Assembly (NCBI GenBank): GCA_902543855.1
Contig: CACBZW010000001.1
Location: 8,979 to 72,978, forward strand
Direction: 5' to 3'
Source: an uncultured Alphaproteobacteria bacterium
GTDB lineage: Bacteria; Pseudomonadota; Alphaproteobacteria; HIMB59
Length of the DNA: 64,000 nucleotides
A program made the translations under genes and the position numbers. Under the pieces are notes generated by a model. That model saw nothing but the letters and a program-made list of their open reading frames with translations, searched no databases and had not been told where the DNA came from. How positions within the stretch are numbered: the first letter of the stretch is position 1; each line of letters begins with the position of its first letter. Positions 40,361 to 51,054 of the stretch are shown in pieces.

Positions 40361-40368
<8 letters not shown>

Positions 40369-40789
40369 ATTATTTACAATTGCAATTCTATTTATACTTT
40401 ATGGAAATTTGAATGCTGAATTAAATGACATGATCATTTTATCATTGATAAATATAGCTTTTTTTACACTTCTTAAGGAAAAAAAAATTCAATACATAGA
40501 TATTTCTATTTTTATATTGTCAACTTTTGTAGTTGAAGTTTTTGTAGGTCTTCCAATCCTGATAGGGTTTGTATTTCTATTTATACCTCTTATTTTGGTA
40601 AATAATTTAATTAATAATTATAATCTTTCAATACTCGTAAAATCTTTAATTATTTTTTTATTAAGTTTAATTACCTTCTACATATTTGATCAAAATATTC
40701 TCTTTCGACTTTTAAATTTTCAATACTTAATAAGTATCCTCATTATAACAACTCTTTTTTATGGACTTTTGAAATATGGAAAAAAATAA
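40361..40789 (+). CDS. mreD: MreD-like membrane protein
   Basis: Polytopic; lies between mreC and mrdA. Confidence 0.55.
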
Positions 40790-42548
40790 TACTAGTGAAG
40801 ATAGTATTAAAATACTAAACAGAAGATCATTTATAATTTTAATTTTAGGAAGCATTATGTCTTTTATTATATCTTTGAGGTTATTTTCATTACAAGTTAT
40901 TAATTTTAGTTTTTACAAAAAAAAGTCAGTAGAAAATAAAGTAGCTATAAAGCTAACCCCACCAATAAGAGGTGATATTTATGACTCTAATAAAAAATTA
41001 ATTGCAGGTAGCTCATCATTATATGAATTTATTGTATACAAAAACCTTAGCAAAGATTATATGAAAGAAATTAAAAAACTCAATACTCTTATTAAATTGA
41101 GGCTAAATTTAGATAAAATATCGAAACGAATAAAAAACTTCAATGAATATTCAGGTTTCATCCTGAGCAGGGCCTCTTGGAAACAGATAGTAGAATTCGA
41201 AAAAAATAAATTTCTTTTTAACTCTATTAAGATTGTTGAGTCAAAAAAGAGATTCTATCCTTATAAAAATTTTTCACAAATAATTGGCTATATGGGAGAA
41301 CCATCTAATCCAAATGAATTTTATCCAAAAGGTGTATTTCATTTAGAAAAAAGTTATGAGAAATATTTGAAGGGCACTCCTGGAAAAATTTTTAACGAAG
41401 TAAATTCCAGAGGAAAAATAATTAGAGAGATATCTATTGAAAAATCAATTAAAGGCAACGATCTTGATCTTACTCTAGATTTTGAACTACAAAATTATGC
41501 CCAATCTATTCTGCCACCTGATAAAAAAGGCTCAATAGTTGTATTGAGTGTTATTGATGGATCAATTCTATCTATGAACTCTAACCCTACTTTTAATGCT
41601 CAAATATTTGAGGATAGGGAAAATAGTAAGATTAATAATTTGCTAAATGATAATAGTAAACCTCTATTTAATAGAGCTTTTTCAGGTTTTTACCCTCCAG
41701 GATCAGTATTTAAACCAATTTCAGCTTTAGTAGGCCTTCAGCGTAACTTAATAGATCCTCAAACGGAAGTTATTTGTAAGGGGCACTCTTCACTAGGTGA
41801 CAGAAATTATTATTGTTGGAAAAAAAAAGGACATGGAAAAGTCAACTTAAAGAAAGCTATTAAAGAGTCATGTGATGTATATTTTTATGAATTAGCAAAA
41901 AAAATAAATATCGATGATATATCTAACTTATCAACTAATTTAGGCCTTAATCAAGGGTATGATATTGGTCTATCAAATTTAGGTAAAGGACTTGTTCCAA
42001 GTAAAAAATGGAAAAAAGCTTTTTTAGAGCAAAGTTGGTATCAGGGTGAAACATTGATTGCCTGTATAGGCCAAGGCTATAATCAAACATCGCCTCTTCA
42101 ACTTGCAACATTATACTCTGCCTTATTGAATAGAGGAAAATATCCTATTCCTAGGCTTGATAAAAAATCCTCTATCAAAATTACAGGTAAATTACTAAAT
42201 AGCGAGCATCAAAAAATTTTAATTAACGCTCTCAATGCCGTTGTTCAGGAGCCAAATGGAACAGCCTATAAATTGACTATATCTAATCCCGAATTTGTAA
42301 AAATAGGAGGTAAAACAGGAACTTCACAGGTTATAAGAATAAAAGAAAGTGAAAGAGAAGATGACCAGTATAAATTAAAAGAGATCGAGGAGAAATTTAA
42401 AGACCATTCAGTTTTTGTCGGTTATGCTCCCTACGATAAACCAAAATATATTGCTGCAGTCATAATAGAGAATGGTGGATCTGGATCTGCAGTTGCTGCT
42501 CCTATTGCACATAAAATTTTAGATTTTGCATATAAAAATAATGTTTAA
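40776..42548 (+). CDS. mrdA: Penicillin-binding protein 2
   Basis: PGSVFK (SxxK); SCD; GKTGT. Confidence 0.95.
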   Translation: MEKNNTSEDSIKILNRRSFIILILGSIMSFIISLRLFSLQVINFSFYKKKSVENKVAIKLTPPIRGDIYDSNKKLIAGSSSLYEFIVYKNLSKDYMKEIKKLNTLIKLRLNLDKISKRIKNFNEYSGFILSRASWKQIVEFEKNKFLFNSIKIVESKKRFYPYKNFSQIIGYMGEPSNPNEFYPKGVFHLEKSYEKYLKGTPGKIFNEVNSRGKIIREISIEKSIKGNDLDLTLDFELQNYAQSILPPDKKGSIVVLSVIDGSILSMNSNPTFNAQIFEDRENSKINNLLNDNSKPLFNRAFSGFYPPGSVFKPISALVGLQRNLIDPQTEVICKGHSSLGDRNYYCWKKKGHGKVNLKKAIKESCDVYFYELAKKINIDDISNLSTNLGLNQGYDIGLSNLGKGLVPSKKWKKAFLEQSWYQGETLIACIGQGYNQTSPLQLATLYSALLNRGKYPIPRLDKKSSIKITGKLLNSEHQKILINALNAVVQEPNGTAYKLTISNPEFVKIGGKTGTSQVIRIKESEREDDQYKLKEIEEKFKDHSVFVGYAPYDKPKYIAAVIIENGGSGSAVAAPIAHKILDFAYKNNV

Positions 42549-43644
42549 AGACTTAAAAAGTATTTATGATTTAAATTGGATATATTTTTTTATTATTTTA
42601 ATAATTTTTTGGATCGGAGAGATTAATCTCTATTCTGCTGCAGGGGGTTCTTTTGATCCATGGGCATCTAATCAATTAATAAGATTTTTAATTTTTCTTC
42701 CATTATTTTTTTTAATTTTAATGTTGGAACCAAAGTTTATTTTTAATTTTGTTGAAATTTTTTTAATCTTAATTTTTATTGGATTGATAATAACACTTAT
42801 CTTTGGTTATACAGGAATGGGAGCTACGAGATGGATAAGAATAGCAGGTTTTAATTTGCAAGTATCGGAATTTACAAAGATAGCCATAGTTTTATTTATG
42901 GCCAAGTATTTTCATAAATTAAATGCTGAGAAAACCATAGGTCTTTTAAAATCAGTATTACCTCTTTTTGTATCCTTGATATTTTTCATATTGGTCGCTA
43001 TTCAGCCAGATTTAGGAACTGCTGTAATTATACTTGCTTTAGGATTAGTTGTTATTTTCTATGCAGGTATTAAGATCATATATCCATTCTTGGCAATATT
43101 AGCAATTTTAATAATTAGTCCATTATTGTGGACTTTTTTGAAGCCCTATCAACAAAATAGGATCCAGATTTTTCTCAACCCTGATTTGGATCCACTTGGT
43201 AAAGGTTATCATATTATACAATCTAAGATCGCTATAGGTTCCGGTGGTCTGAAAGGTAATGGTTTCCTTGAGGGTTCTCAAAGTAGTTTAAATTTCCTTC
43301 CAGAAAAACAAACAGATTTTGTTTTTGCAATTTTTTCTGAACAATTTGGTTTTACCGGATCAATATTATTAATTTTGCTTTTTTTTATTATGTTTTTAAT
43401 ACCAGTATTAAAGACTTTTAAACTCACTCAAGTGTTTAATAAGATAATTTTATTTGTTTTATCATTTAAAATTTTCTTTGAATTTTTAATTAATATATCT
43501 ATGACAATTGGAATATTACCAGTAGTTGGGGTTGCTTTACCATTTATGTCATATGGTGGAAGTTCTTTGTTGAGTAATTTAATTATTTGTGCACTATTGT
43601 TAAATTTTATGTCTATAAATGAAAGAAAGAGAATGTTTTCATGA
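42541..43644 (+). CDS. rodA: Rod shape-determining protein RodA
   Basis: QPDLGT; LPEKQTDF; LPFMSYGGSS; start probably ATG 42541. Confidence 0.93.
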   Translation: MFKDLKSIYDLNWIYFFIILIIFWIGEINLYSAAGGSFDPWASNQLIRFLIFLPLFFLILMLEPKFIFNFVEIFLILIFIGLIITLIFGYTGMGATRWIRIAGFNLQVSEFTKIAIVLFMAKYFHKLNAEKTIGLLKSVLPLFVSLIFFILVAIQPDLGTAVIILALGLVVIFYAGIKIIYPFLAILAILIISPLLWTFLKPYQQNRIQIFLNPDLDPLGKGYHIIQSKIAIGSGGLKGNGFLEGSQSSLNFLPEKQTDFVFAIFSEQFGFTGSILLILLFFIMFLIPVLKTFKLTQVFNKIILFVLSFKIFFEFLINISMTIGILPVVGVALPFMSYGGSSLLSNLIICALLLNFMSINERKRMFS

Positions 43645-43991
43645 CAAAAATAATTAAAAAACCATGGGGGTCATATGTTGTCCTCAGTAAATCAAAAAAT
43701 TTTTTAATTAAAAAGATTATTGTAAATCCAGAAGGCGTACTGTCCTATCAATCCCACAATTTTAGATCTGAAAATTGGATCATTATAGAGGGCAAAGCAA
43801 CAGTTATTATTAATAATAGGACATTTTATAAGTCAGAAAATGAAAACATATTTATTCCAAAAAAGTCAAAACATAGAGTTTTGAATGAAAGCTCTAAAAA
43901 AAGATTAGTTTTAATTGAAGTGCAAACTGGAAGCAAATTTTTGGAGTCAGACATAAAAAGATACTCAGATATTTATGGAAGAAAAAATTGA
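43641..43991 (+). CDS. Cupin, mannose-6-phosphate isomerase type II C-terminal domain
   Basis: KPWG; SYQSHNFRSENW; IEVQTG; DIYGR. Confidence 0.88.
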   Translation: MTKIIKKPWGSYVVLSKSKNFLIKKIIVNPEGVLSYQSHNFRSENWIIIEGKATVIINNRTFYKSENENIFIPKKSKHRVLNESSKKRLVLIEVQTGSKFLESDIKRYSDIYGRKN

Positions 43992-44377
43992 AAATATTAG
44001 CTGAAATTTCTGTTGGAGAGCTATTTGATAAAATTACCATATTAAATATCAAATTAAAAAAAATTAATGATCCTAAAAAATTAAAGAATGTAAAAACTGA
44101 GTTAGACTCTCTAAAGGAGCAAAGTAACAAAATAAATTTAACAGACAATGAAACTTTAAAAAAATATGTTCAAAAACTTCAAGATATAAATGAAGAACTT
44201 TGGGATATAGAAAATAATAAAAGAGAGTGCGAAGCCAATAAAGATTTTGGTGAAAAGTTTATTGAAATTTCAAGAAATGTGCACTTTAAAAATGATATAA
44301 GAGCAACCGTTAAAAAAGAAATTAATCTATTGTCTGACTCAAAAATAAATGAGGAGAAAGAATATTCTAAGTATTAA
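43988..44377 (+). CDS. DUF6165-like protein
   Basis: ISVGELFDKITILNIK; INEELWDIE; EEKEY. Confidence 0.75.
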   Translation: MKILAEISVGELFDKITILNIKLKKINDPKKLKNVKTELDSLKEQSNKINLTDNETLKKYVQKLQDINEELWDIENNKRECEANKDFGEKFIEISRNVHFKNDIRATVKKEINLLSDSKINEEKEYSKY

Positions 44378-44885
44378 CCTTATTTAAGCTAATAAGTTCA
44401 TGTTTAATTTTTGATCTCCCTCTGAGAAAACTTAATTCTAGAAGGACTACAATACCTTTTACTTTTGCTTTAGTTTTTTCAATAAGTTTCATGGATGCAC
44501 GTATTGTTCCACTTGTAGCAAAAATATCATCAATAATTACGATTTTGTCAGAACTTTTAATCATATCACTTTGTATTTCTAGTTGATTGGATCCATATTC
44601 AAGCTTGTAGCTTGTCATGAAGGTTTTACCTGGCAGTTTCCCTTTTTTCCTAATCATTACTAACTTTTTTTTTAATTTGTAGGCAATAGCTGAAGCAAAA
44701 ATAAATCCTCTTGAATCTATCCCAACTACAGTATTAGCATTTAATTTAACTACTTCTTTTGACATTGAATTAACAACTCTGTTAAAAACTTTTGGATTTG
44801 ATAATATTGTTGAAATATCATAAAAAGCGATACCTTTTTTTGGAAAGTCTTTTATAATTCGAATACTTTTTAAATCATTATTCAT
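44367..44885 (-). CDS. apt: Adenine phosphoribosyltransferase (probable start 44885)
   Basis: DFPKKGI; SRGF; RKKGKLPG; IDDIFATSGT. Confidence 0.95.
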   Translation of the reverse strand: MNNDLKSIRIIKDFPKKGIAFYDISTILSNPKVFNRVVNSMSKEVVKLNANTVVGIDSRGFIFASAIAYKLKKKLVMIRKKGKLPGKTFMTSYKLEYGSNQLEIQSDMIKSSDKIVIIDDIFATSGTIRASMKLIEKTKAKVKGIVVLLELSFLRGRSKIKHELISLNKVNT

Positions 44886-45672
44886 GAAAAGGTCAATTAA
44901 ATCAGTATTTAATAAAAAAAACAAAAAAAAAATTATTTGTCTTACATCATATAGTTATAATTATACAAAAATTATTGACGATCTCGTTGATATTGTGCTA
45001 GTTGGTGACTCAATGAGTAACGTACTGTATGGGATGGACTCTACAAGAACTATTGATGACCAAATAATGATCAATCATGCTACTGCAGTAAAAAAAGCTG
45101 CGGAGAAATCACTAGTTTTTTTTGATTTGCCTTACAATAGAGATTTCAGTGAATCCAATACTATAAAAAGAGTTTTATCTGTTATGAAAAAAACTTCATG
45201 TGACGGTGTCAAAATCGAAGGTAATACTGAATTAGAAGATGTAATAAAATATTTGAAGAAAAAAAAAATTCCTGTTATGGCACATTTAGGTCTACAACCA
45301 CAGAAATTTAGCTCTACAAAAAAGTTTAAGATATATGGAAAAAAGAAAGACGATTTAAATAAAATTATTTCAGATTCATTATGCTTAGAGAAGGCAGGTG
45401 CTGTGTCCATACTATTGGAGGGAATGTTAACAAAAATAGCAAAGCAAGTGACTAAAGTATTATCAATACCCACAATTGGCATTGGTGCATCTGAGTATTG
45501 TGATGGTCAAATATTAGTATCTGAGGATATGCTTGGTATGTATGGAAATAATCATCCAAAATTCGTCAAAAGATATGATGATTTGTCAAAAAATATCAAA
45601 ATTGCTGTAAAAAAATTCTCTAAAGATGTAAATAACAATAAATTTCCAAATAAAAAATATAGATATGATTAA
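44884..45672 (+). CDS. panB: 3-methyl-2-oxobutanoate hydroxymethyltransferase
   Basis: LVGDS; VKIEG; HLGLQPQ; PTIGIGA; DGQILV. Confidence 0.95.
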   Translation: MKRSIKSVFNKKNKKKIICLTSYSYNYTKIIDDLVDIVLVGDSMSNVLYGMDSTRTIDDQIMINHATAVKKAAEKSLVFFDLPYNRDFSESNTIKRVLSVMKKTSCDGVKIEGNTELEDVIKYLKKKKIPVMAHLGLQPQKFSSTKKFKIYGKKKDDLNKIISDSLCLEKAGAVSILLEGMLTKIAKQVTKVLSIPTIGIGASEYCDGQILVSEDMLGMYGNNHPKFVKRYDDLSKNIKIAVKKFSKDVNNNKFPNKKYRYD

Positions 45673-46667
45673 TAAGCTCTATTAATAGAACTCTTTAGAA
45701 GATTTATAAAAAGATCTCTTTGATAGCCTTTAAAAAGTTTTAATATTTTTAAAGATTTATTATTATATTTATCACAGAATATTTTTACATCATCGTTAAT
45801 TTTATATTTCTTCATTAAATTAATTATTTTCATGAAATCATTTTTTAATCTTTTGCGTTTGTTGAATACTTTTTTGATAAAATTAATTTCAGTATTATTT
45901 GACTTTTTTAAAAGTAATATAATAGGTAGAGTAATTTTTCCTTCATAAAAATCTTTACCATTCTTTTTACCTGTTACTCTATTTCCAAAATAATCAAGGT
46001 AATCGTCCATGATTTGAAATATAATTCCAAAATACAATCCCAATTTGTTCAAACTTGAAATTATTTTTAAATTTTTACCAGTTAAAATGGCAGGAATTTT
46101 CATTGATGCAGCAAATAATTCTGCAGTTTTTAAGGATATAATTTCAATATATTTACTCTCAGATATATGAATATTATTCTCATGAGTGAGTTGCAAGAAT
46201 TCTCCTTCAGAAATCTTACTGCTAACTTGAGACAGTGAAGCCATTGCTTTTAAAGAATTAGCTTTTGTCATTAATTGAAACGACTTTGAAAATAAAAAAT
46301 CACCAAATAAAACACTAAATTTATTGTTCCATATGGAATTTATACTCTTTTGACCTCTTCGTAATTTACCGTCATCAATTACATCATCATGCAGTAGGGT
46401 GGCTCCATGAATAAATTCGATAGCAGCTGACATATTAATATCGCTCGATATTTGTGAATAATTTTTGTTTATCATTTTACTTGATAGCAAACATATAACT
46501 GGACGTAATTGTTTTCCTCTTTTTTTGAAAAAATAATTTCCTAACTTTGGAATAATGGGGACAGCACTTACTAGAAATCTATCAAGCTCTTTATTTGTTT
46601 TAACTAACTTTACATTAATTTCTTTATGAATTAACTTTATAGTTTGTTCAAAATTAATTTTTTGCAT
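45669..46667 (-). CDS. ispB: Polyprenyl diphosphate synthase
   Basis: GKQLRP; HDDVID; FQIMDD. Confidence 0.88.
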   Translation of the reverse strand: MQKINFEQTIKLIHKEINVKLVKTNKELDRFLVSAVPIIPKLGNYFFKKRGKQLRPVICLLSSKMINKNYSQISSDINMSAAIEFIHGATLLHDDVIDDGKLRRGQKSINSIWNNKFSVLFGDFLFSKSFQLMTKANSLKAMASLSQVSSKISEGEFLQLTHENNIHISESKYIEIISLKTAELFAASMKIPAILTGKNLKIISSLNKLGLYFGIIFQIMDDYLDYFGNRVTGKKNGKDFYEGKITLPIILLLKKSNNTEINFIKKVFNKRKRLKNDFMKIINLMKKYKINDDVKIFCDKYNNKSLKILKLFKGYQRDLFINLLKSSINRAY

Positions 46668-46672
46668 TAGTT

Positions 46673-47380
46673 ATGAATTTATACTCCAAAGATTTTCTAC
46701 TAGATGGTAAAATTGTATATTATCAATTAAAGAAAGGCTATAGGAGCGGTATAGAGCCTATTATTCTGGCTTCTAATGCAAAAAAAAAGCACAATAAAAT
46801 TTTAGATATGGGTTCTGGTTGTGGTTCTATTTCCCTAATTGTTGCTTATAGAAATCCAGAATCTGAAGTCATTGGTTTTGAAAAAAATGAAACTCATCAT
46901 AAAATTTCAATTATAAATCACAAAGAAAATAAATTAAAAAATTTAAAATTTAAAGTTCAAGACAATTGCATTTTTGATAAAAAATATGAGAATTACTTTG
47001 ATTTAATTTTATCAAACCCTCCTTTTTATTTTGCAAATAAAGTACTAAAGTCCAAAAATCCTTCCATAATGGCCTCAAAATATATAACTGAGTCAAATTT
47101 GAAAAAATGGATTATCAACATAATTCTTTATTTAAAAATAAAAGGAACAGCTTTTATCATAAATAGATTTGAAAACATGGATTTTATGTTAGATATATTG
47201 AGAAATTTTAATCTAGAAGTGACAACAACACCTATATTACCCTTTGAAGGTAAAAAACCTAAAAATGCCCTTCTAAAAATTACTAAAAGTAATTATTTTA
47301 TAGAGAAAACATCAAATGCAATTATAATCCACGATAATTTATCAAAGTATTCTAAAGATATAGAAAATTGGTTTAAATAA
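46673..47380 (+). CDS. Methyltransferase, tRNA1(Val) A37 N6-methylase-like
   Basis: LDMGSGCG; NPPF; synteny with the polyprenyl synthase and S49 peptidase. Confidence 0.8.
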   Translation: MNLYSKDFLLDGKIVYYQLKKGYRSGIEPIILASNAKKKHNKILDMGSGCGSISLIVAYRNPESEVIGFEKNETHHKISIINHKENKLKNLKFKVQDNCIFDKKYENYFDLILSNPPFYFANKVLKSKNPSIMASKYITESNLKKWIINIILYLKIKGTAFIINRFENMDFMLDILRNFNLEVTTTPILPFEGKKPKNALLKITKSNYFIEKTSNAIIIHDNLSKYSKDIENWFK

Positions 47381-48174
47381 TGTTCAGTCCAAACAAAACA
47401 GTTATCTCAATTGATCTCAAAGGAATGATTGCATCTGGAAGTAGAGCACCATTGAATATGGATAATTTGAATGGACTTTTCTCAAAGGTAATGAAAATAA
47501 AATTTGATGCACTATCAATTGTCATTAACTCTCCTGGCGGTTCTCCGGTTCAATCATCTTTAATTGCACAAAAAATAAGAGAAATATCAGATAAGAAAAA
47601 AGTGAAATGTTATTGTTTTGTTGAGGATGTAGCTGCATCTGGAGGGTATTGGCTTGCATGTGCAGCAGATGAGTTATACGCAGATGTAAATTCTATTGTT
47701 GGTTCAATAGGTGTGATATCAGGTGGTTTTGGATTTACTGATCTTATTAAAAAAATTGGAGTAGAAAGAAGGATATTTACAGCTGGAGAGAACAAAAGCT
47801 TTTTAGATCCATTTTTAAAAGTTAATAAAAAAGATGAGGAAAAATTAAAAAAACTTCAAAAGTTAATACACCAAAATTTTATTGATTGGGTGTCCTCGAG
47901 AAGAAAAAAGAAACTAAGCGAAATAAATAAAAAAGTTATATTCTCTGGTTCCTTTTGGTTAGCTAATGAGGCAAAAGACTTAGGTTTAATTGATGGCATT
48001 GCATCTGAGTCGTCTTTCTTTAAAAGTAAATTTGGAGAAAAGACTAAAATTAAAAAAATAAAACAACCAAAGTCTCTCAAACAAAAACTTGGTCTTGGTA
48101 TTAATTCTTTAAATAGTGAGGATTTAATTACTAAATTAAAAGAAGAGTTTCTTTTTAACAAATTTGGTATCTGA
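47380..48174 (+). CDS. S49 family peptidase
   Basis: INSPGGSPVQS; AASGGYW; GSIGV. Confidence 0.92.
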   Translation: MFSPNKTVISIDLKGMIASGSRAPLNMDNLNGLFSKVMKIKFDALSIVINSPGGSPVQSSLIAQKIREISDKKKVKCYCFVEDVAASGGYWLACAADELYADVNSIVGSIGVISGGFGFTDLIKKIGVERRIFTAGENKSFLDPFLKVNKKDEEKLKKLQKLIHQNFIDWVSSRRKKKLSEINKKVIFSGSFWLANEAKDLGLIDGIASESSFFKSKFGEKTKIKKIKQPKSLKQKLGLGINSLNSEDLITKLKEEFLFNKFGI

Positions 48175-48177
48175 TAA

Positions 48178-49527
48178 ATGACAGCAGAAAATATGGAAGA
48201 CTTAGTATCTCTGTGTAAGAGAAGAGGGTTTATTTTTCAATCAAATGACATCTACGGTGGCATGAAAGGTCTCTATGATTTTGGACCTATGGGTGTAGAG
48301 CTAAAATTAAATTTAAAATCAGCCTGGTGGAAATCAATAGTCTATGAAAGAGATGATGTTGAGGGATTGGACTCAACTATTTTAACCTCACCTACTGTTT
48401 TAAAATATTCAGGCCACGAAGATACATTTTCTGATCCTTTAGTTGATTGCAAGAAATGTAAATCAAGATGGAGAGCAGATCAACTTGAAGACGGAAAATG
48501 TCCAAATTGCAAATCAACTGATTTAACTGATCCTAGACCATTTAATTTAATGTTTAAAACAGCTATTGGTCCTGTGGATGACGGTAGTTCATTTGCATAT
48601 TTGAGACCAGAAACTGCTCAGCAAATATTTGTAAATTTCAAAAATGTTGTCGACTCAACCAGTAGGGTTCCTCCTTTTGGTATAGCTCAAATTGGAAAAG
48701 CATTTAGAAATGAAATCACTCCAAGAAACTTTATTTTCAGAGTTAGAGAATTTGAACAGATGGAACTTGAGTATTTTGTTAAACCTGGCTCTGATGAGAG
48801 TTGGCATAAATATTGGGTAGATAAACGTTTAAATTGGTGGGCTGATCAAGGTGTCAAATCAGAGAAATTAAAATTACTCGAGGTAGAAAAAAAAGATCTA
48901 TCACATTACTCCAAAGCAACTTTTGATATTATGTATGACTTTCCACATGGCCTTGAGGAACTTGAGGGTATTGCAAATAGAACTGATTTTGATTTAGGAT
49001 CACATTCTAAAAATCAAAAAGATTTTAATATTAAAGCTAAAGTTCAAGAAAATAAAAATTCTACAACAAAATTAGCTATTCAAGATTTAGAAAATAATGA
49101 ATGGTTTATACCATACGTTATTGAGCCCTCAGCAGGCGTTGAAAGGGGTGTTTTGGCAATTTTAAACGAAGCTTATACTTCAGAGGAAGAAAATAAGAGA
49201 ACATTGTTAAAACTCAAACCTCATTTATCGCCAATTAAAGCTGCAGTCATTCCTCTTAAGAGAAATAATTCTGACCTGGTCAATACAGCAAATAATGTCA
49301 AATCAGAGTTACAATCACTTGGTTTAGGAAGAGTTATGGTTGAAAATACAGGAAATATTGGAAAAAATTATCGTAGACACGATGAGATTGGGACACCTTT
49401 GTGTGTTACTATTGATTTTGAAACTTTAGAAAATCAAACAGTTACGGTGCGAGATAGAGATACCATGAAGCAAGAAAAAGTATCACTCTCTGAAATAGCA
49501 AATTATTACTCTCAATATTTTAAGTAA
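48178..49527 (+). CDS. glyQS: Glycine--tRNA ligase, alpha2 (eukaryote/archaea-like) type
   Basis: CKRRGF; YLRPETAQ; FRNEITP; [10 protein letters not shown]; IEPSAG; HDEIGTP. Confidence 0.95.
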   Translation: MTAENMEDLVSLCKRRGFIFQSNDIYGGMKGLYDFGPMGVELKLNLKSAWWKSIVYERDDVEGLDSTILTSPTVLKYSGHEDTFSDPLVDCKKCKSRWRADQLEDGKCPNCKSTDLTDPRPFNLMFKTAIGPVDDGSSFAYLRPETAQQIFVNFKNVVDSTSRVPPFGIAQIGKAFRNEITPRNFIFRVREFEQMELEYFVKPGSDESWHKYWVDKRLNWWADQGVKSEKLKLLEVEKKDLSHYSKATFDIMYDFPHGLEELEGIANRTDFDLGSHSKNQKDFNIKAKVQENKNSTTKLAIQDLENNEWFIPYVIEPSAGVERGVLAILNEAYTSEEENKRTLLKLKPHLSPIKAAVIPLKRNNSDLVNTANNVKSELQSLGLGRVMVENTGNIGKNYRRHDEIGTPLCVTIDFETLENQTVTVRDRDTMKQEKVSLSEIANYYSQYFK

Positions 49528-49528
49528 T

Positions 49529-50107
49529 TTATTTATTAACTCTAGGCTCCCTAAGTATGTAATAATTATTTATTTGTAATAATATTTCTGAATTAGTTGG
49601 AAGTTTTTGAGGTTTTTTCTCAAAAACTTTAATTGAAAGTTTTTTTTTATTTAGTTGTCGATGTTTAATCCTCGAAACTACCTCTTGACCTACAAAGCAT
49701 CCTTTCGAATAGTCTACTAATTCATCATTGACTTCAGATGGAAGTAAAGAGGATTGTTTAAGCAGGTTTGAGTCAATTATTCCAGTTGAAAGTTGATCTA
49801 AAATATAATTTTTATCAAATTCTCTTTTATCAACTTTTTCAATACTGAGTTTTACGTCAGATAACAATGCATATTTATTTAAGAATGTAGGCAAATCATT
49901 TTGATCATTCGAGCAAACTAATTCATATGACTCGTCTGATTTAGTAATTATTATTTCATATAGAATCTTTCCTTGTGGAGATAGTATATAGCTTTTCAAC
50001 TCTTCCTTTAATTTAGTTAAGTCATTGGTAATTATATTTTGAAGGAAATCAAATCTTTCTTCCCCAAATACTCTAATTTTTATTGGATTAAGTGTTTCAA
50101 TTTGCAT
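49529..50107 (-). CDS. ygfZ: YgfZ/CAF17 folate-binding Fe-S factor (reduced, 192 aa)
   Basis: FLQNIITND; KGCFVGQE signature. Confidence 0.85.
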   Translation of the reverse strand: MQIETLNPIKIRVFGEERFDFLQNIITNDLTKLKEELKSYILSPQGKILYEIIITKSDESYELVCSNDQNDLPTFLNKYALLSDVKLSIEKVDKREFDKNYILDQLSTGIIDSNLLKQSSLLPSEVNDELVDYSKGCFVGQEVVSRIKHRQLNKKKLSIKVFEKKPQKLPTNSEILLQINNYYILREPRVNK

Positions 50108-50133
50108 GTAATATATTATCTATATGTATATAT

Positions 50134-51054
50134 ATGCATTTACTATTTATTTCTTCAAATAGAATAGGTGACTCCTTAATTAACCTTCAAGTTTTAAATA
50201 AATACATCAGAAAATATAAGAAAAATATTGAGGTATCATTAGTTTCTGGTCCTTTACCAATGCCTATTTATGATGATTATTCTATGATTTCTAGAAGGAT
50301 TAATCTTACTAAACAAAAATATAATCTACATTGGTTAAAACTCTATAAAGAACTTTCACCACTTAAATTCGATGAAATAGTAGATTTTAGATCCTCGATC
50401 ATTGGTTATTTTTTGAGAGTAAAAAAAAGAAATATATTCAAAATGAAAAAGGGTAAAAATATTTATGAACAAATCCATCACAGATTTGATACTGATCTAA
50501 AAAAAGATTTTAAAATATTGATCGATAGAGTTCGTAATATTTTTCCAAATTCAAATTATGCGTGTTTAGCACCATTTACAAATTGGCCACCAAAAGAATG
50601 GCCTTCAGAACAATTTGTTAAAATAGCAAAATATCTAATTGAAAAAGGCATTGATAAAATATTTATTTTAGGATCAGAAAATGAAAGTTCAAAATTTCAT
50701 CACTTTGAGTCAGAACTAGGCGATAAAGTAATTAATAGATGTGGTAAGCAACATATTCTCAACGATTATGGTTTACTTCAAAAATCAAGGTTATTTATTG
50801 GAAATGACTCATCCATGATGCATATGGCTTCATTGAGTAAAACTCCAACAATTGGTCTTTTTGGTCCCACAAATGATAATATTTATTTTCCTAAAATTTT
50901 TGATCATTGTCATCTTGTTAGGTCATCAGAGTCATATGAAAGCCTTGTTAGTAAAACTCAAAACTATACTTTAAATAATTGTTTAATGAATGATGTGTCT
51001 TATAATCAGGTAATTGATAAAATAGATAATATTTTAAATGCTCAAAATTTTTAA
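50134..51054 (+). CDS. Glycosyltransferase family 9 (heptosyltransferase-like)
   Basis: RIGD; KEWP; GNDSSMMHMA; LFGPT; ATG 50134 preferred. Confidence 0.88.
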   Translation: MHLLFISSNRIGDSLINLQVLNKYIRKYKKNIEVSLVSGPLPMPIYDDYSMISRRINLTKQKYNLHWLKLYKELSPLKFDEIVDFRSSIIGYFLRVKKRNIFKMKKGKNIYEQIHHRFDTDLKKDFKILIDRVRNIFPNSNYACLAPFTNWPPKEWPSEQFVKIAKYLIEKGIDKIFILGSENESSKFHHFESELGDKVINRCGKQHILNDYGLLQKSRLFIGNDSSMMHMASLSKTPTIGLFGPTNDNIYFPKIFDHCHLVRSSESYESLVSKTQNYTLNNCLMNDVSYNQVIDKIDNILNAQNF

